In this document: positions 39,283 through 48,016 of the stretch, piece after piece | Layout: every line of letters starts with the position of its first letter | How positions within the stretch are numbered: position 1 is the stretch's first letter | Origin: an uncultured Gammaproteobacteria bacterium | GTDB taxonomy: Bacteria > Patescibacteriota > Patescibacteriia > Patescibacteriales > UBA12465 | Direction of reading: 5' to 3' | DNA length: 64,000 nucleotides | Assembly (NCBI GenBank): GCA_964588465.1 | Contig: CAZPPL010000004.1 | Location: 13,182-77,181, forward strand | The notes under the pieces: model-generated | Database searches by the model: none | Told to the model about the DNA's origin: nothing | What the model saw: only the letters and a program-made list of their open reading frames with translations | Position numbers and translations under genes: made by a program

Positions 39283-42200
39283 ATGAAGAATCATTTAGTT
39301 CCAAACAAAAAAGGCATGAACAGAATAAGTTTTAAAATAAAAAATATCCTGTTAATTTTTTTATTAGTATTCTCAGTAATGTTGGTTGTGCCAGTTAAGC
39401 CGGTTTGGGCATTTTCTCCTGGAGTGATTATTGTGAATACTGCTAAAAATGTTTTAGATAATGCCTCCAGTTTAGCTAAAAAATTATGGAAAAATGCTGG
39501 AGCCATTGCTTATCATAAAGCATTGAGTTTAGCCTTAGATAAGATTGCTTATGATGCCGCTAATTATGTTGGTTCGGCGGCCGCTGGACAAAAACCCACT
39601 TTTCATCTAAAGGCTGTGGGTCAGTACTTATTACAAGTGGGGGATCAGGCCAGTGGGCAGTTTATAGAAAGTTTTGTGAATAACATGAATAAACCAGAGA
39701 CTAATGATACTTGCCGAGCTTCGCTTCAAAGTTGCCAGCAGACTTGTATTAGTGCACATGGTTCACCTATTAATTCTTCGGGTCTTGGATTTTTAAACAC
39801 TAGCCCAGATGTTACTCCAGGTTTAAGTTCAAATTCTTCCGCAGGCTCATTAGATAGTTGTTTTAAATCTTGCACTGCTAGCAACACTGCCTGTGAAAGT
39901 CAAAGTCTTCAAGCTAATGCTAATGCCTCAACTGCCACTCCTTCATTTAATGTTTGTGGAGCTTCTTCTTTACAGGCTAAAGTTAAAATATCTTTGGGCT
40001 TGGTTAATGAACAGCGACCAGTTGCTCCAAGTTGTAGTGCTACTAAAATGGTTAATAATTGGCAAACTGATCTAAATAGAAAATTAGCGGACCTGCGTAA
40101 ACCTAATTATGTTTCTACTCTAATGGGATTGTTCAGACCAAATTCTAATGATTTAGGGATTTATCTGAGTGCTAGGACTGATATGTCTAGTAAGGATTTA
40201 TTAGCCAAGGAAAACGCTAAGACTAGTTTTATTACTAATCAAGGTTGGTTAAGAATACGAAATATTGGGGGTGAGGCCGTAGCTCCTCCTGGGACCTCTA
40301 AAAGAATATTACAAGAAGCTCAAGCGGTTCGAGATCAGAATTTTGGGAAGATTAGTACTAATGTTTTAGTAGATGCAGCCAATATTGCTTTAAATCAATT
40401 AGCCATGTCTTTATATAATAATTTATTACGGAAAGTAGGGTCTGGGCATAACAACAATAATTTTGCTATTAGTAATATAAGAGGTTCAGGCTCTTATACC
40501 CGAGATCCTAATAGCGGTTTAGGGGCTAATGCTCTAAAGCAAGTAACTTCTAAATTATTAAAACCTACTTTTGGTACTCAGATTGATTACAATATTCTAT
40601 CTTCTTTAGCGGTTTGTTTGAATCCTCAGAATCCCGCTCCAGATAATTGTGTTATTGATAATCAATTTATGCAAGCTGTTACCGCTAAAGATACAGTAGC
40701 GGAAGCCATTAAAGATGGTTATTTGCATGGTAATTGGCAAATAACTAATAATACTTCAGGCAGCGCTTATAATAGTAGCTATTCTTTACGAAATTTAATG
40801 ATTCTAGCTAAATATCGTATTCTGCCTATCGGTTGGGTGGAAGCAGCTAAACTAGCCACTGATGCAACTAATCCTCATAATGCTACTCTGAATGATTTAG
40901 TTTCTTGTTTTAATTCTCATGATATTTATGATAAATTCAGTGCGGGGTTTGATACTGCGAATACTATTTGGTGCCAAGGATTAGTTGATCCTAATTGGGT
41001 GTTGCGTTCGCCACTTAATTATTGTAAGAAAAAAGGGTTTGGAGCGCAGATCTTAAATAAAACTGTATTAGCGGGTACTCCAGCGGTTAATGGTATTCCT
41101 GCTACCCCTAGTCGTTTAGTTATTACTAGAGCAGATAATTATTGTGCCGATAATCAGAGTTGTATTAAAACTAGGGCTGATGGTAGTTGCGAGGCTTATG
41201 GTTATTGTAATGCTGAAAAAAGGACTTGGAATTTTAGCACCGATTCTTGTCAGCCCATTAATAATACTTGTCAATCCTTTACTAATCCCAGTGGTGAAAC
41301 AGTTTCTTATCTGCAAAATACTTTAAATTATGGAAGTTGTAATTCTGGCAATGCGGGTTGTTCTCAATATTCTTTATCTGGGAATTATGCCACCTCCACA
41401 GGAACTGTTAATTGGAATACTAGTCGCAGTTTATATTTAAATAATAATCTAAGTACTTGTAGTGTCCAAGAAAGCGGCTGTACTGGATTATTACGAGTAC
41501 AAGCTAATCAGGGTGATAATCTGGTAATGAATTCAAATTTTGCTAATGACCAAATTGGTGTTTCTACTAGTGGTAATCAACTTGATGATTGGTTTCTGTT
41601 TGGCACTAGCCAGTCCGTTATTGTAGATGCTAGTCAAGATCCAGGTAATCTCAGTGGTAAAGCTTTAAAATTAAGTATTTCTAAAGGATCACGGGGTGGA
41701 GTATATTCTTCTTTTTTGCATTCTTTATTGCCAAGCAATTTTCAAATTATACCTGGACGAGCTTATACTTTAAGTGCTGATGTTTATATTACTGGTGGAG
41801 TTAATGCTGGTACTTCGCTCAATTTAACTCTAGGAGTAGTTGGTAGTCCTTATACCCAGACCATGACTAACACCAATAAGTGGGAGCATATAAGTGTTAC
41901 TCGTCCTGCTAATAGTTCTTATAATGATCCTAACTTTAGTATTAGTGCTCAAAATAAGACTAATAATGGAATTTTCTATGTTAAAAATATTAAGTTTGAG
42001 GTAGGGAGTCAAGACACTGGTTATAGTTCTTATGGTTATACCCCTGCTGGTTCAGCTAAAATTTATGAAAAGTTATTACCACCGTATTTAGCTAAAACTT
42101 GTTATACTGATATCTCTGGAGCTAATAAGAATTATACTTTAAAGCCTGATGCCCCAGCATTTTGTTCAGACTATGCCCGAAAATGTAATTTAGCAGAAGT

Positions 42201-45200
42201 GGGTTGTCAGGCCTATACTAATGTACAGGATAAATTTACAGTGGCTGCTAAAACTACCACTGGGGATTATTGTCCGGCGCAATGTCTAGGTTATGATATT
42301 TATATATCTCAGGGTAGTTACTTCCATTCTCCAACTCGAGAAAATATAATTCCTAAGACTGCTCAGGCTTGTAGTGCAGCTGCGGTGGGTTGTACAGAAT
42401 TTACTAATTTAGATAGTTTAGCTCAAGGAGGAGAGCAAAAGGAATATTATACTTCACTAAAACAGTGTATTAAACCTAGTCCGACTCAGTGTTCTACTTT
42501 TTATGCTTGGCAAGGGCAGACCAATGGTTATCAATTACAAGCTTATTCTCTGAAGAATAATGGAGCTGGCTTACCAGCAGTTACTTCTGATGATAGTGCT
42601 CTGTGTAATGCCACAATCTATAATTTACCAGTTAGTGATCCTAACTTTAATTCTAATTGTAAACAATTTTATAATGCTTCGGGTCAGGTCGCCTATCATT
42701 TAGTTTCTAGGACTATTACTTGTTCTAATGATTGTCATGCCTATAGAATGACAGATAAGAATATTGATTCTAGTATTACACAGGCTAGCGCTTGTGTGGG
42801 AACAAATGAACATTGGAACAGTGTGACTAATAGCTGTAATGTTTGTTTAAATGGTGGAGTATGGGATCAAACTTCGGGAGCTTGTATCTATCAGGCTATT
42901 CCAGGACAAGGGCAAACTTGTAGTGCTAGTCAAAATGGTTGCAGTGAATATAATGGTAATACTGGAAGTAATGTCCGTTTGATCTATTCTGATAATTTTG
43001 AGAACGGTTTAGATTCTTGGTCTTCTAGTTGTAGCGATGGAACAGGAATTAGTATTAGCTCAGTTTCCAATAATAAAAATGGTCATTCCTTATTATATAA
43101 TGCTCAAGCCTGTTCTAATGTTCGGGCGCAATTAAATGTTAGTGGTTTAATTACCACTGCTAAGGCCTATACTTTAAAATTTGTAGCTCGAGCTGCCAAT
43201 AATACTAGCTTAAAAATTTATTTTATAAATTTGAATACGGGTATTGCCTCTAGTGCTTGGAGCCCAGTAATAATTAAAGGAGGAAATACTTGGAATGTTT
43301 ATCAAACTAATCTAGCCAATCTTGATAAAACCGTGGGGAATAAAGAAGAGCTGGTAATTAGTGCTAATGGTAATTTCTATTTAGGAAACTTTATTTTATC
43401 AGAAATTGCTGATCGTTATTATCTAATTAAAGGTTCTAGTCAAATTCCTAATGTTTGCTATTATGATACTGCTGGCAATTATCAAGGGGTGGATTATAAT
43501 TTAGGTTGTGCTCAATATACTAGCAGTAGTGGGGTGGTAAGTAATTTACATCAGTTCAATAGTCTATGTTCTGCCTCTTCAGTTGGGTGTGAGCAGGTGA
43601 TTAACACTAATAATTATTCATCTCCTGGCCCCGGATTTTGGGAAAATGGAGTAGCGACTAGCACTTGTAGCACTAGTGATCCAAATTGTGTTATAGTCCC
43701 TGGTGATCAATCTTTGTATGCCATTTATGATACCACTAAACAATGTAGTGCTCCTAGTCAAGGTTGTAGTCTGTTGGGTCAAGGTCAAGGGGGAGCTAAT
43801 CTTACTGGTTGGTCAGATGTCTTTAAATTAAATAATCCTGATAATTATAGTAAAACTTTATGTAGCGCAGTTAATGTCGGCTGTGAAGCCTATCAAGGTT
43901 CCAATAATACTATTAGTTATTTTAAAAATCCTGGCAATAAAGTATGTATTTATCGGGCTAGCCAAAATCCTACTATTTCACAAAAATCTTGGTATAAGGT
44001 TCCGGTTAAACGTTGTGATCTAAATAATGACGGAGTCATTGATAATCCGGTTGGAGGAAGTAAAGAGATTGGTAGCAAAATTTGTTTGAATAATAGTGAT
44101 TGTGGTAGTAGTAAATGTATTGTGGATAATAATGATTATCTTTGCAATTATTCTGTATTTAAGACTATTGGTTTAGGTGGTCAAGGGTCTGAAGTTAAAG
44201 TTCCTAGTTCTGATGTTGGTCTGTGCTCTGCTAGAGCTTCAGGTTGTACTGAATATATTGATCCAGTGACTCGCTTTAATCCTAATCTAGTTAATAATGC
44301 TAATTTTGTTATTACCAATGGAATAGCTGAAGGTTGGGGGCGAAGTAGTATTGGAACTTGGTCACCAGCACCTACTCCTACCCAACAAGTAATATCTTTA
44401 GAGCCCTACAAACTATATAGTTTAGATGTTAGCTCTGGTGATGGTAGTGGAGTAAGTCTAAGCTTTAGTACTCCAATTAGACCATTGCTAAATAATAATA
44501 ATTTTGGCAGTGGAATATCTCAACTCATAGCTAGCAGTACAGCAAATACTCCAATAATTTTTGATTCCGCTGTTAATAGAAGTGCTTTATTGTCTGGAGG
44601 GAATCCTAATCGTACCATTAGCATTAAGGAGTTAGCGGTTAATTATCAATTGCAACAAAACATAGATAAAACTAGTTGTAATGGACAAGCTCAATTTAAT
44701 AATGGCTGTATTTTATTTAATGAACGTAGCGTTACTGATGCTTCTGGTCCAGCCAGTTTGAATTTTAATGCTTATGCTGGTAATTCCTATACCACCAACC
44801 CTTATACTCCTATTACTTGTAGCCCTGGAGGTTCTTGTAACGCTAACCAAGTTATCAAGGTTAGCCCTAGTAGAGTTTGTTCTCAATGGTTAAGCTGTAC
44901 CTCCTATATTCAAGATCCAGTTACTCACCAGAAAACTTGTTATTCTTTTGGAGAGTGCAATAGCTTAAATAGTAAAAATGGTTGTGCTAATTTCGTAAAT
45001 ACAGCAACTTCTACAGTTTCGGCAGCAGTAAACAGTAATGCTACGGGTTATTCTATTCTGAACGATTATAATTTAAGTCAAATGAAAATTGTAGGTGAAG
45101 GAGTAGCTACTGCCCATTATGATTTTGAAAATAGCAGCATTAAAGCTTGTAGCCAAGATAATTTAACCCAGCCCTGTTTAATAGATAGTCCTGACACTGC

Positions 45201-47331
45201 TAGTTTATCTATTGCTACCAGTTATCCTGCGCAAGGTAAAGCCTATTTAGCAATACCAGCTGGTAAAGAATATACTTTTAAAAATAAGAGTGCTGTAAGT
45301 AATAGCAAGCCAACTGACTATTATATAAGCTATTTGGTAAATACTTCTAAATCCGCTGGGCTACGGGCCAAAATTATTATTACTCCTTACTATGGACCTT
45401 CTGATAGTGCTACTATGGGCACTCCAATAGTTATTTACTCTCCAGCTAATTTAGCCTGGACCAGGGAAGTAAACAAGTTCACTTTAACTAATGCTAATAA
45501 AATTACCATTACTCTAAGTTCAGATGCTAGTACTTCTGCTGGAGGACCAGTATATTTTGACAATATTAATATTTCTCCAGTATTACAAGTGGCTCCTAAT
45601 AAATATGTAGCTCCAGAATGTCGGCTGTATCCAACTAGTGGTAGTTTGAGTTGTATTAGTAAAGACTCTAATACTATTAAACCTGGACTGGAAGGTTATT
45701 GTCTAGAACATGACCCTGCTAATACTAATGTTTGTCTGCTTTGGTATCCTTTAGATAATATTCCTAGCTTAAGTTTATCTTCCTCTGGTTATGCGGGAAA
45801 GTTTCCTTTGAATTATTGTGCTGAGGCTAATGGTAATTTTGTTCTGTTGGAGAAACGACTGGTTTATGTTGCATCTAGTACTAGTATTCATAATCATACT
45901 GTGAAACTTTGTGGTAAGAAGTATAAAGACGGGGCAGCTATCACCTTATCTGGAACAACTCATACAACTTGTGATTCTTATTCTTCGTGCGATCAGTGTC
46001 CAGCTGATTATAATACTGATATTTCTTGGAAATTTACAGCTGCGGGGGCTAGTCCGTTGCGCATTATTTGTCTTCCTAAAAAAAATAAGTTATTTAATCA
46101 TTTTCAAACATCTTTTACACTAAATAATGCCTCTACTTTTGGTCAGTGTAACGGAATTACCACTACTAATGGTTATGGTATATATAATGGACTTCAAGGA
46201 GCAGAAGCTACTAATATGAATCCACCAATAGCAGTTTATAATTATAATAATCCTCCTGCTAGTGCGGCTCAATTGAAATTTCCTTATGCCACCTCTACTA
46301 GTAGTAATGATGTTTTCAATATTGCTTGTAATACTTTTGTACAAGCTGTAGATAATCAGGGTCTTAATAAAGCCTGGGTGCTTAGAGTAAATACGGTGGC
46401 CAATACCACTCCGACATTTTTTAGCCCTTATAATGGCATTCCTAACTATAGTCAGAATCGTAAAGACGTTCCTTTTGGAGCCGCTTCTTCACCTAAGAAT
46501 AATTTGTTTAATAGTGGGAATATTGCTTTAAATAATTCTGATACTAAGATAGGCAGTAATATTGCTGGGCGTCCTTATGGTTGCAATAATGGTCAGTCTG
46601 GTGATGGTTGTGATTTAATTGGTTCATGTACTAAGGCCCCTGACACCTATTGTTTAACTACTAAGAATGATAATTTTTCTAATACTGGCGTTGATGGTAA
46701 GGCAATTGATTATAGTTTAGCCTCCTCTACTTGTGGTCGTTCAGGTGGTTCTTGCGTTCCACTTTGGTCTAGTACTGTGGGATACGGGCAGTTGATAAAT
46801 ACGGCCAGCGCGGCTAGTTCTCCTTATGAAAAAATTCTTAAAAATATATTTTTAAGTGGTAATATTTATAAGTATAACAGTAATAATGGTGGAAATTACT
46901 CGCCAGCTGGTTTTTATGATTTTTCTAATGTTTCAAATAGCGATAATGTTATACCCCAGTGTAATTCCAACATCAGATCAGATCCTAATACTTTCTGTGC
47001 TGTTTATCCTAGTCTATTTAATGTTAAATTATATTATAATAACAGCACAAAAGCTTTAAATGGAAATAATAATATCAGTTATACCGACTCTTTGCAGGTA
47101 GTTAGAGGCTGGTATCGCTTAGAGTTCAATAGTAAAATAGATCCTCAACAACGACCTCTCACTAGTATTGTAATTAATTGGGGCGATGGTTATATTCAGA
47201 CTATTTATGGTCAGAATGCTCGCCCAGTAGCTTCTTCTCCTCAAGTTGTATATCATCATTATTCTCAGAATGCTACAATAAAGTTAAAAGTTGAAATTAT
47301 TGATAATTGGGGTTTCTTTGCTCATAATTAA
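39283..47331 (+). CDS. Giant (2,682 aa) secreted cysteine-rich modular surface protein
   Basis: It is a single uninterrupted ORF. The signal peptide ends ...VVPVKPVWA. By my hand count it contains about 94 Cys. A C-x5-G-C motif recurs, and there are four beta-sandwich (CBM4_9-like) modules and a C-terminal PKD-like domain. A terminator follows the gene. Confidence 0.8.
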   Translation: MKNHLVPNKKGMNRISFKIKNILLIFLLVFSVMLVVPVKPVWAFSPGVIIVNTAKNVLDNASSLAKKLWKNAGAIAYHKALSLALDKIAYDAANYVGSAAAGQKPTFHLKAVGQYLLQVGDQASGQFIESFVNNMNKPETNDTCRASLQSCQQTCISAHGSPINSSGLGFLNTSPDVTPGLSSNSSAGSLDSCFKSCTASNTACESQSLQANANASTATPSFNVCGASSLQAKVKISLGLVNEQRPVAPSCSATKMVNNWQTDLNRKLADLRKPNYVSTLMGLFRPNSNDLGIYLSARTDMSSKDLLAKENAKTSFITNQGWLRIRNIGGEAVAPPGTSKRILQEAQAVRDQNFGKISTNVLVDAANIALNQLAMSLYNNLLRKVGSGHNNNNFAISNIRGSGSYTRDPNSGLGANALKQVTSKLLKPTFGTQIDYNILSSLAVCLNPQNPAPDNCVIDNQFMQAVTAKDTVAEAIKDGYLHGNWQITNNTSGSAYNSSYSLRNLMILAKYRILPIGWVEAAKLATDATNPHNATLNDLVSCFNSHDIYDKFSAGFDTANTIWCQGLVDPNWVLRSPLNYCKKKGFGAQILNKTVLAGTPAVNGIPATPSRLVITRADNYCADNQSCIKTRADGSCEAYGYCNAEKRTWNFSTDSCQPINNTCQSFTNPSGETVSYLQNTLNYGSCNSGNAGCSQYSLSGNYATSTGTVNWNTSRSLYLNNNLSTCSVQESGCTGLLRVQANQGDNLVMNSNFANDQIGVSTSGNQLDDWFLFGTSQSVIVDASQDPGNLSGKALKLSISKGSRGGVYSSFLHSLLPSNFQIIPGRAYTLSADVYITGGVNAGTSLNLTLGVVGSPYTQTMTNTNKWEHISVTRPANSSYNDPNFSISAQNKTNNGIFYVKNIKFEVGSQDTGYSSYGYTPAGSAKIYEKLLPPYLAKTCYTDISGANKNYTLKPDAPAFCSDYARKCNLAEVGCQAYTNVQDKFTVAAKTTTGDYCPAQCLGYDIYISQGSYFHSPTRENIIPKTAQACSAAAVGCTEFTNLDSLAQGGEQKEYYTSLKQCIKPSPTQCSTFYAWQGQTNGYQLQAYSLKNNGAGLPAVTSDDSALCNATIYNLPVSDPNFNSNCKQFYNASGQVAYHLVSRTITCSNDCHAYRMTDKNIDSSITQASACVGTNEHWNSVTNSCNVCLNGGVWDQTSGACIYQAIPGQGQTCSASQNGCSEYNGNTGSNVRLIYSDNFENGLDSWSSSCSDGTGISISSVSNNKNGHSLLYNAQACSNVRAQLNVSGLITTAKAYTLKFVARAANNTSLKIYFINLNTGIASSAWSPVIIKGGNTWNVYQTNLANLDKTVGNKEELVISANGNFYLGNFILSEIADRYYLIKGSSQIPNVCYYDTAGNYQGVDYNLGCAQYTSSSGVVSNLHQFNSLCSASSVGCEQVINTNNYSSPGPGFWENGVATSTCSTSDPNCVIVPGDQSLYAIYDTTKQCSAPSQGCSLLGQGQGGANLTGWSDVFKLNNPDNYSKTLCSAVNVGCEAYQGSNNTISYFKNPGNKVCIYRASQNPTISQKSWYKVPVKRCDLNNDGVIDNPVGGSKEIGSKICLNNSDCGSSKCIVDNNDYLCNYSVFKTIGLGGQGSEVKVPSSDVGLCSARASGCTEYIDPVTRFNPNLVNNANFVITNGIAEGWGRSSIGTWSPAPTPTQQVISLEPYKLYSLDVSSGDGSGVSLSFSTPIRPLLNNNNFGSGISQLIASSTANTPIIFDSAVNRSALLSGGNPNRTISIKELAVNYQLQQNIDKTSCNGQAQFNNGCILFNERSVTDASGPASLNFNAYAGNSYTTNPYTPITCSPGGSCNANQVIKVSPSRVCSQWLSCTSYIQDPVTHQKTCYSFGECNSLNSKNGCANFVNTATSTVSAAVNSNATGYSILNDYNLSQMKIVGEGVATAHYDFENSSIKACSQDNLTQPCLIDSPDTASLSIATSYPAQGKAYLAIPAGKEYTFKNKSAVSNSKPTDYYISYLVNTSKSAGLRAKIIITPYYGPSDSATMGTPIVIYSPANLAWTREVNKFTLTNANKITITLSSDASTSAGGPVYFDNINISPVLQVAPNKYVAPECRLYPTSGSLSCISKDSNTIKPGLEGYCLEHDPANTNVCLLWYPLDNIPSLSLSSSGYAGKFPLNYCAEANGNFVLLEKRLVYVASSTSIHNHTVKLCGKKYKDGAAITLSGTTHTTCDSYSSCDQCPADYNTDISWKFTAAGASPLRIICLPKKNKLFNHFQTSFTLNNASTFGQCNGITTTNGYGIYNGLQGAEATNMNPPIAVYNYNNPPASAAQLKFPYATSTSSNDVFNIACNTFVQAVDNQGLNKAWVLRVNTVANTTPTFFSPYNGIPNYSQNRKDVPFGAASSPKNNLFNSGNIALNNSDTKIGSNIAGRPYGCNNGQSGDGCDLIGSCTKAPDTYCLTTKNDNFSNTGVDGKAIDYSLASSTCGRSGGSCVPLWSSTVGYGQLINTASAASSPYEKILKNIFLSGNIYKYNSNNGGNYSPAGFYDFSNVSNSDNVIPQCNSNIRSDPNTFCAVYPSLFNVKLYYNNSTKALNGNNNISYTDSLQVVRGWYRLEFNSKIDPQQRPLTSIVINWGDGYIQTIYGQNARPVASSPQVVYHHYSQNATIKLKVEIIDNWGFFAHN

Positions 47332-47362
47332 GTTAATTTATTCTTAACGATGTTGATTTTAT

Positions 47363-47396
47363 TAAGGCTGGTTATAAAAAATCAGCCTTATTTTTT
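47363..47396 (+). terminator. Rho-independent terminator after the giant gene
   Basis: taaggctg-(12-nt loop)-cagcctta forms an 8-bp stem, followed by tttttt. Confidence 0.6.
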
Positions 47397-47423
47397 GCTC
47401 TTTGTCATATTTTAGTGTATAAT
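47395..47423 (+). promoter_or_regulatory. Candidate sigma70-like promoter (TTGCTC-17 bp-TATAAT)
   Basis: The -35 ttgctc is at 47395..47400 and the -10 tataat at 47418..47423, with a 17-bp spacer. It lies immediately after the terminator and about 35 nt before the ATG at 47457. Confidence 0.4.
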
Positions 47424-47456
47424 TTTAAGGTAAAGAAAAGATTTACTTTAAGCTTT

Positions 47457-47981
47457 ATGGGTATTGATGAGGAGTTACTCAGTGTAAATAATCAGACTAG
47501 CGCAGATCGGGTTGGTAATTTGAATCGGGCTAGACGTAATTCAATAAGCCCTAATAATTTTTCAGGGTCTCTACAGAGTTCTAATAGTGATTTTTATGCA
47601 CTGCGTCATGCTCAACGACAAAGGAAAATGATCTTAGCTAAAAAAGGTGGCGGAGCCGCCACTGTGGCTTTGAGTAATCCAGCTCAAGCAGCTAGTAGTA
47701 AACTATTACAACAGGCTTGGCTTAATTTAATTGATAGTATGGGTCTCACCTTAATTTGGATTAATATCCATGTATTTTTAACTCAAATTCTAGGTGAAAA
47801 GTTATTCCGTAAATTAAAATTGTGGGAGGGAATGCTACTGGCCGCTTTAGATATTATAGTTTTTATAGCTATTATAATGGTTCTCGGTTTTATATATTCC
47901 ATTGTCACCGGACAAATAGCCATAGTAGCGTTGAAAGCAATTGTCGGTTCACTTTGGAAAGTATTAACTGGTGGAAAATAA
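47457..47981 (+). CDS. Hypothetical small membrane protein (2-3 C-terminal TM helices)
   Basis: The track ORF begins at a GTG at 47415 that lies inside the predicted promoter, so the ATG at 47457 (MGIDEELL) is more plausible. The N-terminus is polar. The C-terminal hydrophobic segments are LTLIWINIHVFL, MLLAALDIIVFIAIIMVLGFIYSIV and IAIVALKAIVG. Confidence 0.5.
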   Translation: MGIDEELLSVNNQTSADRVGNLNRARRNSISPNNFSGSLQSSNSDFYALRHAQRQRKMILAKKGGGAATVALSNPAQAASSKLLQQAWLNLIDSMGLTLIWINIHVFLTQILGEKLFRKLKLWEGMLLAALDIIVFIAIIMVLGFIYSIVTGQIAIVALKAIVGSLWKVLTGGK

Positions 47982-48016
47982 TTAATTTTTAAGGGATTAG
48001 AATATTATCAAAAAAT

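Noticed and set aside
39291-47059. Short ORFs inside the giant gene on either strand: 39291-39506, 39893-40075, 41116-41316, 41144-41326, 41830-42012, 45911-46123, 46120-46344 and 46856-47059.
   Set aside because: They are shadow frames of a single uninterrupted 8-kb ORF. Their translations are I/L/V-rich nonsense, consistent with frame-shifted reading of AT-rich codons.
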